Position numbers and translations under genes: made by a program. Positions 47,001 to 59,000 of a stretch of 64,000 nucleotides of DNA are shown here, one piece after another. Each line of letters begins with the position of its first letter. Positions within the stretch are counted from its first letter, which is position 1. The stretch is from Raillietiella orientalis (Eukaryota): positions 4,278,001 to 4,342,000 of the forward strand of contig JAYWIR010000008.1 in NCBI GenBank assembly GCA_036172245.1, read 5' to 3'. Under the pieces are notes generated by a model. That model was not told the DNA's origin. It searched no databases and saw only the letters and a program-made list of their open reading frames with translations.

Positions 47001-50000
47001 GGAAGAGCTGGACTTCCAGCTGCGCAAGAAGAAGCAGGAATCCGACGAGGTCCTGAGGCGCTATGAGTTGCTGGAGGAGGACTTCGTCCTGATGAAGGCC
47101 AAACTCATTATTGAGAAGGAGGAGGCGGAGAAGTGAGTGCGAGGGCGATAATGAGCGGTTGCCGCGACAAGGGATCTTCGCTCCTGAGCAACGCCGGAGG
47201 GGGGAGGGGGAGTGAGACTCGTGAGACCTGTCGCTTCCCTTCATTCCAACTCCCCTTCCTTCTTCGCGGCACTACAGAACTCCTGCCCTACGAAGGGAAC
47301 TTCTCTCGGGCAAAGCTCCTCCACCTCATCCCGACGAAGAGAACAGCCTCTCTGAAGCGTTTCCTTCGGGACGGGGTCGACGAAGAAGCAGTCCAGTTGC
47401 CGCGGGTCGCATCACTTATCCTCGCTGCTCCCCTTTCCCTTCCCCCTTGGGATCATCCTGCCGGACGGTTCCTGGAGCCCCTGCAGATTGCTCTGCGGCT
47501 GACCTTCCTTCCACTTCGTTCCTCGCATTTGTCGAAGGTCCCGGGAAGGAGGGAGATGCGATGAAAAAAGGAGAGAACGGCCGCTAACCTCCCTCAGGAG
47601 GCCGTCTCGAGCGCTCTTGACCGCTGCTGCTGGGTGCGCGCGCAAGACGCCTTGAAACCGTAGCTATCTAGCAAAGCTGTACCCTCACCCCCAGGAACTG
47701 GACCTCCCTCTGCAGAGAGCACGACGCGGTCAGGAAGCAGATGCAGTCCCTGATGGACTCACTCGAGTCCAAGGAGCGATCCTGGCATAGGGAGAGGTGC
47801 GAGATGCAGGTAGGTCCTCTGGCGCTCCCCGCATGCGACCCTCTCGCTAGCACGGCAAGGGCAAAGAGGAGGGTGCCTGCCGGTGCTGCCCTACTTTGGC
47901 CTTCTCGGCGACTTCCCCCGCAGTGGCATCCGAACGGACGCCTCATATCAGCTCACCCCTCTTCCCATCGCTCCAGATTCCCGGGAGCGACAGAGGAGGC
48001 GCCCTGGTCGATCCCGCCCGGTGGAAAGGATGCTCCTGTTCCCCGAAATTCGAGCTCCCCATTCGTTGTAGGAGCTCTGAAGCCTTACATCTTCCTTCCC
48101 CTTTCCCCTGTCGCTACCTCGGTGACGCGTCTAGGAACCGCGAAGAGGATGTTGGGAACATCACTGTCCGCGAACTGTTAGAGGGAGTGAGGAGCGCATC
48201 AACTGCAGACACCTTGGAGCATCCTGGAAGACGCGAAGAGATGCACTAGATGTACTGAGTACATAAAGGCGCTCGGGTTCCGCACTGAGAGGCACGAAGC
48301 GGATTCATATTGGTGCAGGTCACTCCTTCTCTTTTCCCTATTCTGCTTTTTTTAGTGCATTTCGAATCCTCGATTTCTCCCCCCCCCCTTTCCCTCTATT
48401 CTTGATGTGAATTTTAAAAGTGCATGGTGGGATAGAGAGGTGCCACTGCTTTCCTGTATACACACAAATATACACACATACGCTTGCATTTTCATGTATG
48501 CGTTTGTGTATTTGCACGTATATTATATCACTGTATACACAGGACGATGGAAATCCTTTGGGGTTCTCCTGTTTTCGCGGCTTTCCCTCCAGCTTTTTTT
48601 TTCTTTCTCTTTTTTGGATGTCAAGGAATGCTGAAAAACCGTTCGCTTCTTTACGGGGGACCCAAGAAGCTCTTCAACGCTGTCCACGCCACTCGGGGGT
48701 TCAAGTAAGGGGGTAACCCCGGAGAGATCACCCTATGAGTGCAGGAAGAGCTCCGGAGGAAGGAGTCCCTTTCTCTTACGCTTGAGAGGGAACCTCCAAG
48801 GGAACCTCCTCGTCTTGGCTGTCTCCGAAGGGAACCCGAAGGGGACCTCTTCCTCATTCTCTCTGGAGGGACCCCCCGGAGAAGATCCGTTCTTTGTTCC
48901 TCCTCTGAAGAGGATTCTGAAGGGATACTTCCAAATTTCTCTGAGGGGCTCACTCCGGAGGGAGCAGCGCGCTTCTGACACTCTGGAGAGGCAACCAGCT
49001 CCATGGTACGCCATAGAGGGTCCCACGAGGATAGGGGCGGCTCCATGTTCATAACCGGAGGGAAACTTTGAAGGAAACCGGATCCTTGATCCCCGGAAGG
49101 ACCGCAGGAGAATCAGGTTCCAATCCCGGCCAGTTAACGGGGACATCCAGGGGTTTCTGGCTTCTACCAGTGTCGCACCCGAAGCCAACCAAAGCCAACC
49201 AGCGTCATCCTGCGGGGAGGAATCGAAACTCAAGACGCACCCCCCGTTTCTCTGACGTCCGTCCGGGTAGGGTTCGAACCCTCAGAGCTTGGTGCCAGGC
49301 ACGGAAGCCGCAACCACACAACCACTAACGCGGACACTGTATATATACAGCGGTATAATATACATGTAAGCACACATATACATACGTGAAGAGTGAGTAT
49401 ACGAAATGATAACCGAATGGTAGCGCGTCCAGTCCCGGTTCCTGTTACTGGAGCGCGAGACGCGCCCGTGTTGCAGCGCAGGGCTGTTTCCGTGGTCTCT
49501 GAATCACCAAGCCTCAATCGAATTTGGAGCCACTCGCGAAAGATGAAAATGGTTGCCTCGGGCCCTTCTCCACATGTTTCCTCTGCTGTACGATCTCTGG
49601 AAACGGCGCAGCATCGCAGCTCAACTTCGGACCCAAACAGTCATCTTCGGACCTGTGTCTTTCGCCAACTGTGCTCCAGATGAAACTGCACTCTAGGCAT
49701 GTGAACGTCCGTCCAGAACCACCAACCAGATATGACCACTTTTGAGCTGCCGAAATCGGGTTCGGTGGCTGCTCCACTGTTCGGTTCTGCCTCGGCACAC
49801 GGAGAGATTCTTTCCTCTCACCAAGAATGCGCGCCGGTTCGGAAGGCAGTGGAACCTGGGAATGCTCTACAGTGTTCTCTCCGTCTTCCACTAGCTGCTG
49901 GTTAGCTTTCAACGGAAAAAGGATGCGGGTCTCTGTCGAGAGGAAGCTGTTTGCATGGCGTCCTTCTCGAATTGGCGACCTTCGCTGCGCTGTTCCTCTT

Positions 50001-53000
50001 CCGCCAACGTGGCTGCTCACAAACGAATCCTTTGCCCATCTCTGCCCTCCAATCGCAGGAGCTCAGCAGTTTATCTGATTGAAGCCAAGGCGTCCAACCT
50101 GCTTGCTGTTCCTCCCTTTCCCATCTTCTATCCTTCGCGGGTGGGGCAGCTGTTGCTAGGCGAGTCAGCAACACCGTCTGTGAAGCTGCGAGGCCTCCTC
50201 TCTCTGAACCAAAATCCCAACCGTCCCGAGGTGAAACTGAGATGGGACTCAGAAACGCCAAACCCGTGCTGAAGAAGCAAGAAGAGTTACGCACTGTGGT
50301 TCGGCGAGGTCAACAGGCTGCGGAGAGAAAAAGACGCGGCTCCTCGAAGGAAGTGGTTGTCCGACGAGCAGGATGGCTTTGCAACCGCGCCTTCGCGCGC
50401 TTTGGGAAAGGCGCGGCGGGGAGTTGCACTCCCTGAGCGCTGACAGCATCTCGACCCTCTTGTCTTCTGCGAGCAGCATCAGGAGAGTATGGACGGAGCC
50501 CCCGAAGTGACCTCAGGAGTTCATTCTTTCATCTTCAGCCGACTTTGTGCGGTGCTTGCGTATGACCGCCGGAGCAGAGAGAGATTAAGACCCGAGCTCT
50601 TGGCCCACCACAGTGCTCGCAGCTTCGAAGGCCTCACGCACCCGTGCTCCCTTTCACTCCGCCGAGAGCTCGGTCACTGATCTGGGTTTTGCAGAACGCG
50701 TGGCTTCCCGAACCAGGCCGTGCGTTCCTCCAAGTCTCTCTTGTCCAAGGCTCCCATCCTTCCTACGTGACCGCTCCTTCTTAGAAAGTTCGGTGCAGCA
50801 GCCCTGTGGACCTATTCCCCCCATCCCGTTGCAGAGAGTTGATGCTCTCGGTGAAGGCAGGGAAAACGTGAAAAAGGTCAGGAACACAGCCTCGACCTGA
50901 ACAGAGAAAAACAGGAGCTGCGCGCACTCACCGCACCTGCGGGCGGGAGATCGCAATCGATGGTTCGAATGAGAATGCTCATGCTCATGCTCATGCTCAT
51001 GCCCGGACCGGGCTCGGATTCGCAAGGACGCATTCCTACTGGATGAGTTATTTCAGTAGGAATGCCTCCTAGGGCATCATTGCTCAGAGACAGCAGCTAG
51101 ACACGAAGAGTTGGGAAGCAGGTTGCAGTAGGATAGCTGCGGCTGGAGCCCTCTTTCTGGTCAGGGAACCGAACCGAGTTAGGGAGGCAAGAGATGCCGT
51201 AGGAGCAAGGCTCTCCGGCTCCAGCCGTTCCTTCGACAAAGAAGGATCCCTGCTGCAAGCGAAATATCTCGGCATTTAGGATCCGGAGCAGGCGGCCGTT
51301 TCCTTGCTTGGTTTCCATAACTCTGCTTCCTACGTGAGCCCGACGCCGAAGCGAGTCAGTTGACCCCACGCCTCTCTTCGCCGGGTGCGCGTTGCCCTAG
51401 TGTTTCGCTATAATCCGTTTCCAGGGCTGCGGAAAAGATTTCCCCTCTCCCATCATGCTTTCCGCGCTGCTTTCCAGAGCGAGATCGACAGGCTACGAGC
51501 CTGCATCTCAGAGCACGAGAAAATGGGATCCGGCGAGGAAGAGAGGTCGAAGCTCAAGCACATAATCGAGCAGAACCACAAGCTCCTGGAGGATTCGAGG
51601 GCCTCATCGGAAAAGCTGAAGACGGAGCTGCTGCACCTCCAGATCCAGGTACGTCACAAACCCAGCCTCCTGGTCCATCGAAGGGACTCCCCGCAAGACG
51701 AAAGGCGATTCCTTTCGGCTGTCCCTGCCGCCTGCTCCGTATCACCTTGCCCAGCGCTTCCCGAGCATTCTCCCAGCAGAGGAGGACGCCTTTCGGTGGG
51801 GCGCAGCGACTAACTTCCCCTTGCCCGCCGCCCCGATTCACTCGGAAAGGCCGGAGGGGAGGGGAGGAGATCTTCCGACCCTCGTTCATGTGCGCTGCAG
51901 CATCACCAGCGTACACTCACAGACACGGAGCGCGACCGGAGATTTACGGTACCCTATCGCCAAGGTAACGTCGCTCTTAAAAGCGTTCGTGTCTGGAAGC
52001 CCGAGCCCGCTCGCCCAAACGCACCTACAGCTCCCTTGTCTGGCTTCGTATCGTAGGTAACGAGTTCGTGATGCGGCACTTTAGAGTCATGGAATCGATT
52101 AGGCAAGTTCGGAAGTTTCCCGAGGTAATCACAAAAACGGGAAGGGGAATGGTTCTGGCACGCAAAGGATCACCTGGGGGCAGCGTCAGTGAAGTCTTCG
52201 GAAGGGGTCAGTCCTTTCGGTTTGAGGGAAAAAGGAAGAGAAACCGCTGAGGTGAGAATCACAACCCTCCTTTCACACACTCGGCCATCCACCATGCGGA
52301 GGTGGTCGGTTCTGAGCAGTCCTGCCCTGGTGAAGCAGGACCCGATCTCGAACCGTTCTCTGGAGCACTGGAGCGTCCTTCTTTCTTCTGTCACCTTCCT
52401 TCCTCAGTGGGTTCGGTCTCCTGCCGATGCCGTTTCGAGGATGGCGACCCGCCTTCATCCTTAGCCCGGCCGAAGAGCCGCATTCCAGGGTTCTATATCT
52501 TCCGAGATCCAGCTATCTCTTCACGCAAGCTCGGTGCTCAGAGACAGGTAGCAAGTGAAAACCACTTCCCGCTCAAGGGTGGACGGGAGCAGAGATAACC
52601 TTTGCACAGAAACATGCAGTTTCCCTTGAGGACCCATCCGGAGCCGTCCCTACAGAATTTCGCTCTTCGTTCGAGGCGGGCGGTTCTTCTGCTGGTTTTT
52701 CCAGGGGTCCCACCACAATCTGCTTCACATGGATGTGTATTTTTTTTTCTTTCTTTCTGAAGCCCGGTAGCGACCTCACTGGGAGATCGTGATTGAGAGG
52801 ATGGAAGTCCTTCTGCGTTCTTCCAGTTCTGCTTTCCTTCCAGCTTTTTTTTTTCTTTTTGGCTATCAAGGAGTGCTGAAGAACCGTTCGCCTCCTTGTG
52901 GGGGACTTACGAAGCTCTTTGACACTGCCCGCACTACCCGAGGGTGCTCGTTAACTCTTCAAATTAGGAAGGCAACTCACTCGTGGGGTGTGTTGTCCTC

Positions 53001-56000
53001 CTTCAAGTTATGGGGTAATTCCGGAGGCAGCATCCTATGAATCCAGGAAGGGTTCCGGAAGAAGGAGTCCGTTCCTCTTTCTGTCGTCAGGGGATCTCCG
53101 AAGAGGACCCTCTCCCTGGTTGTTTCCGGAGGAAACCCCGAAGGAAACCTCTTCCTCATTCTCTCCGGAAGGACCCCCCGGTTTGCAAGGTCGCTCCTCC
53201 TTTCTTCTCTGAAGGGAACTGGGAAATGATCCGCTCTTGGAATTTCTTCTCTGGAGGATTCCCTGAAAGGATCTACTCCTTGTTGCCTCTTCTGGAAAGG
53301 ACTCTAAAGGAATGCTTCCAAATTCCTCTGGATGACTTACCCCGAAGGGAGCAGCGCGCTTATAATACTCTGGAGAGGCAACCAGTTTCATGGCATGCGA
53401 TGGAGAGTTCCCCCCCGAGAAAAGGGAGGCTCCATTTTTACAACCGGAGGAAACCCCGGAGGGAGCAGGCCCCTTGGTCCTTGGAAGGACCTCGGGAGAA
53501 TCAGGTTCCAATCCTAGCCAGTTAACGGGGGCATCCAGGAGTTTCCAGATTCTGCCAGTGCCGCACCCGAAGCCAACCGAGGCCAACTAGCGTCATCCTG
53601 CGGGGGGGAGTGGAAACTCACGACGCACCCCCATTTCTCGGTGTCGCTCCTTCGCCTGACTGGATTGGCACCCTCAACGCTCGGTGCCGCACGCCGAGAC
53701 CGCAGCTACAGGGCTGCCACCTTGGATCAGATGGACGTTCTCGAGCGTCTCCCTGCCTCAGGACGCATTCCTACTGGATGCGTCCTGGGGCAGACGCTCA
53801 CCCCTCTAAAATTCAAGAGACCTTGTGTCTCCCAGGCCCGTTGCGCTCGAGAATTTGCCGCTTCTGGAGACCTCGGCATTCCGCCATCTCCCCGGGCACA
53901 GAGACAGAAGCGTCTCTTTCAAGCGTCCCATGGATCGCGAGGAGGGTGGTATGCCCTCCTCGGGGATCGAACGGTTTGACCCGAGCAGCTCGGCTTGTCC
54001 CATCTGCCAGCCTTAAAACCGCGAGGAGCAAGCGAGCGAGCGACCACTGGCGTGCGCGGCTACACGTTTGAACCATATGAAAGCGAAAGTTTTCACGAAG
54101 GGCACATGGGAAACCCGAGATTCCCCGGGTTTTGCAGCGCAGTCCATCCAGTGAGAAGAGTCATCTGGTTGGGCGGGGCCGATTCTTCCGAACCAGTATC
54201 GTTCATAATGATATCGAGAGATCCTTTGTGGTAGTCCGCTTTCACGGGCCACTTCGGTTCCCAGCAACCGGATGCTCCGCTGTCGGCTGTCAGGCGGCGA
54301 TGCAGATCTGCGCGTCCGAGCTGAGCGCTGGGACGCCCACGGACGGCAGTGCGCATTTCTTGCTGCTTCTGAGAACGTGCCGTGAAGCGCGCCACCCCTC
54401 TGGAGATCACGCATCCTTTTTGGTTGCACGAGTATCCCTCCTGATCGCTTCTCGGCCTCTTGGCTAAGATCAAAGTGTCCCTCCTGATCCCAAGCTGATT
54501 TTCCCGCTCTTCCGTCAGCAGCTCCCCCTGTTCGTTTGGCGTGAATGGCGATCATCTCTCTAAACTCATCTGCTGCACCCGGTCCACCGCAGAAATTGGG
54601 GATTTCATTCAGATTCCAGTAGGAGCATTGATGGAGGAAAACCCCTCTGAACGACATCCAGAATCCAAAGGTTCATCTCGAACGAATCGATTACCTCAGC
54701 GAGGGTTGGATTTTGCTAATCATGGGATGAGGGGAGATCATTCCTCCCTTGGGGGAACCATCACTCGCGTTCAATAGTGTAATGGTGGAGCCAACGATTC
54801 GCTTCACTCCCCTCTTGAGGCCCTGCTGCGGGACGGTTGCTAGTGGCGTGGCATGGGTCAGCGGTTTCCAGAACCTTCCTCTTCACAAGCACACCTCTTC
54901 CCGATTCTCATCCCCCTGGCTTCCTGGGAAACGGCAGCTTGGAGACTTCTTAATTACATCACTGGATGCGTTTCTGGAACCTTCAGCTGCCTATCCACAG
55001 CTACAAATTAGAACGACAAGTCGGGGAGCGTGACAACGGGTGGGAATGGAGTTTTCGGTCTACGGTGGGCAGCAAGGCTCTTCTGATCCAACTTCCGCAC
55101 GCACCCCGATGGCCGGACTGCACCTCGAAAAGTCGGAGGAAGTCAGATCATCAGCAGCAAAGCAGCGTGTCGTGCCCCTACGGAGACCTACGCCGACTCA
55201 TAATGGAGGGGGGCTCTCATTCAAGGAACGTTTCTTGACATCCGTCTTTAAGGAACCAGAACAATCAGGTTTCGCCTCTGATGTTCCAGGGGGGGATTGC
55301 AACTGATTTGAGGGATGTGTCCTTCACGAGAGCCATAATCTGATTGCTCAAATGGATGTGTCAATTCTGCGAAGAGGTGGCCGTTTGCACGGAGGCAATC
55401 CTTCGGGAGAACGCAGCAGCACTCTGGAACGCGTCGTCTCCAGTGGGAGCGCGTGCGTTGCGTTGCGACTCTCCTGCGCCGCACGTGAAAATAAAAACAA
55501 AGTGGAAAAAGCCCGGACTGACGAAATTCATCCTCAACGGCTCTTCCACTTCACGGAAGGGTGACGTCGGTTGACAAGAGCGTGCATCCACGCATCTCAA
55601 GCGCTCCTGGGAGCGCGACGGATTTTGGAAACTGGCGGGGACTCGGCCACCGTGCGACACCGCCCAGTATCGGGAGGAAAGCCCTGTAGAAAAGGTTCGG
55701 ATTTCTCTGGCTAGATGGCGCGGAGGAGAGGACGATTGTCTGCCGTCCGAAACACACCTTACATTAAGAGGTCCTTGGGCAAGGAAGCTGGTTGCTGCGG
55801 AGACGGTCCGCAATCGCACACGTACGCGTGTGGTAAAGCCCTCAGAAGACGCACACGATAAGCGATACAACCCGCGTAATCACAAACTACTGAATGTTTC
55901 GGGCGAGGGACCTCCATGCACCAGTGGCAACCAGTAACCCGATCAGGTCTTCCGGATCATCGCTTCTCCGTAAACCGGGACCCTACCCAGGGAAGGAGGG

Positions 56001-59000
56001 ATGATGAAACTCGATGTCAGAACTAGGCAAGCCACGTGCCTCCTTGGTGCCTCTTTTCTCCCGTCTTGAGTTCTTTTGGAGAGTTGGACGTCGTTCCAGC
56101 CTCGTCCCCGAGCTCTCCAGAAAAGTCTTTCTGGTTTCATCGAGCGACCTTGGGAGAGGCACCGTTTCTTCCCTCTCCCTCACGAAACGGATGCATCTCC
56201 CTGGTGCCTCGGCTGTTCCGAGTAGAACAGCGAAGCACCTTCACCGGGTTTACTCCTTCCCGTCCACCACCCTTCCCGAACCTCCTTTTCCCAGCGTCCT
56301 AATCTCAGAAGACGCTCATCCACCGTAGAATCAGGAGCAAAGGAGGAAGCTGGATGACCACGAGAGGGTGCAGCAGTTTGCGGTGCGGGCGCTCAGATGC
56401 AACCACGAGGAAGTCATCCAGGATCTAAGGCAGAGGTGAGAGTCCCACTGCGGTCCTTCGTAAGGGGAAAAGGGAAAGGAAAGGACGAAGTTTCCTTTGA
56501 GATCTGCACTCTGCAGGAGGGGAGTAGGGAGTTGGGAAGGGGAGGGTGTGAAATCTCAGGGGGAGTTTTCTGGACACCGGTATCTCTCCTGCGGCTCAGA
56601 ATGACTCTCAAGGAGAGTAAGGAGGGAAAAGGAACTCAGGTCTCCTTGCTCCCCTCTTCCTTTTACTTGTCCCTTCCCCCCTTTCATCCCGGTTCCACTC
56701 CCCTTACTCTTCCTCCTCCTTCTCCAGGTTTCCTCCGTATTCTTCTTTTCTTCTACCCGGTAATCCCTCCCTCCCACCCTCCTTGATTCACTTTCCTCCC
56801 TTTCTCCCTGCGTCATCCTCAGTTCCCCTTTCTCCCTTTCATCCTCCATCTCTCCCCCTCCTGTCCTTCTCCTCCATGCTTCATCCCTGTTCGAGCTCCT
56901 CTCTAACGGAGCGATACCTCGTCCCTCCTCGTATTCTAGGCTCTTGAAAAGACTCGCCTCCGGAAAGGAGGGACAGCCCTCCCTAGATGGGCGGATCCGT
57001 CCCGAGCCTGCCTCCTTGGGGAGAAGTGGGGTCGGAAGAGGGTCTCCTCCTGCCCTGAAGGGGGCTGTTGTGGCGTGCTGGGGGACCGCTGCCGTTCCCT
57101 AGAGCAGCTGATGGTGGGGAATGAAGGGAGGGGGGAGGGAAAAGAGCAGCTTTCGGGAGCTCTGTCTCCTACTTTTCCACCTTTTCCAGGATGCAGGAAG
57201 GAGAGAAGAAGCTGAAAACGGAGCTGACCCTGATGAAGATACGGAGCGAGGCCGAGGCGGTGACCAACAGAAAGGAGGCAGACGCCCTCCAGATCCAGGC
57301 CAACAGGCACAAACGGCAGAGGGACGCGTTCAGGCAGATGCTGGAGGCTGCGCAAAAGACCATCCTGGAGCTGAAGAGCGCGAGCCGGAACAAGGGGACT
57401 GTGGAAGAAAACCTGGAGGTGAGCAGGGACTCGGGAGCTTCCTCCCCGTTTTTCCGAGGAAGGATCCCGTCCGAGAAGGGGGCGGGATCCTGCTCCTCCT
57501 CCTCCTCGCGTGCTCACTCGGTGAAAAAGGGCAGCAGGGGAGGGAGAGATCCCCCATTCGATCCTTTTCTTCTCGCCGGAACCTCCCTCTCCTTCCCCCC
57601 AGACCCTCTTCTAGCGGCTTCATCTCTGCTCACGCGGCGCCTCTGTCGCTCCGCTCCCGTCCGCCCCTTCTCCTCCCTTCCTCCCTTCTCCTCCACCTTG
57701 CGCTTCCGGGAGATCCTGGAGGTTCCTACGGACGTGCGCGCCTGCTCCGCAGGTCATCTCTGCGAGGGAGAAGATCGCCGAGTGCCAGGAACAAATCGGC
57801 CGGCTGGAGGACGAGGTGGTTGCCTCGAAGATGGGGGCGCTGCGCGCGGAGACCGACCTGGCCACGGAGAAGGCGTCGTGGCAGCTAACGGCCATCGAGC
57901 TGCGCAGCAGGATCAACGAGGTACTCGGCGAACTCCCCACCTTTAGTGACCCCACTCCACTCCCGCCAGCTGGAGGAGGGCGCCCTGCTGAACTCCGGCA
58001 GGAGCAAAGCTGGCGCCGCGGTCAAGGCGCGGCTGGAGCTCCCCTGGCAGAGGGAGCGCGAGGACCACGTCCGGGCTCTCAATGATGCCGTCGCCCTCAA
58101 CCGCAAACTGAGGACGCGCATCCTAGAGGTAGGCCGAAGAGCCCTTCTTCTTTCTTCCTTCCACCCCTCCCCTCCTACCGCCTCCGGTGTTCCCGCGAGA
58201 CCGGCTTCTCTTCTGGTCTACCTCTTCCCTCCCCACTCCCTCTCTTCCTCTTTCTCTCCTCTCTCGCAGATGCAGGACGCGTGGGAGAAGGACAGACTCC
58301 AGTTCAGCAGGGAGAACAGGGAAGCGCTGCAGGCTGCGGAGACAGAGCGGAGGGAGCTGAAAGGGAAGCTGGCAGAGGTGAGCGCGCGATTTCTCCCTAC
58401 CCATGCCTTCTCCTCCCCCTTCCGTCGAGGGAAGTAAATTTCAGGAGGGATTCTTCCGGATCCAGGACGAAGAGGACGTTAGAGGAGGAAACAACGAGTC
58501 TCTTTCCGTCTACCAGCTTCCTCCAGTCTCTCCCCTCCTGAAAAACTTGAGATCGTTTCGATAAGGGTCCGCTTCCGAAGCGGGAACGGAGGACGGGGAT
58601 GGGGATTGGGGAAACAAACACGTGCTCCCGACCTGGATCTGTGGGAGTGGAGGGAAGGGACTCTGTTCGTTCACGGATGAGGATAGCGGGAGGAGGAGGA
58701 GCTCCCTTTCATTTCTGTCCCCTCACTCCAAGCAACGCGCTGCAGGGGAGTGGATGGGAAGTGTCTCGTTTCCCTTTTTCCTCCTCTCTTCCTTCTCCTC
58801 TTGATACCTTCCTCTTCTTCTCCGTTGACTCCTGGATGCGGTCCGATTTTTCCCTGGTCGTGGTAGAGGCACAGTATCTCCCGGGCGATGCTGCACCTCC
58901 GAGTCGGGTTCGAAGGAATGGACTAGGGAAATCCTTGTCACTGGTACCCTTGTCTACCCCTAGGGGGGATAGACGTGTTATTCCCAGTATAGCGAGACGG

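Noticed and set aside
48730..48930. CRISPR-like repeat-spacer array in the SINE central region
   Set aside because: Units are degenerate tandem sub-repeats without unique spacers; eukaryotic context and no cas genes.
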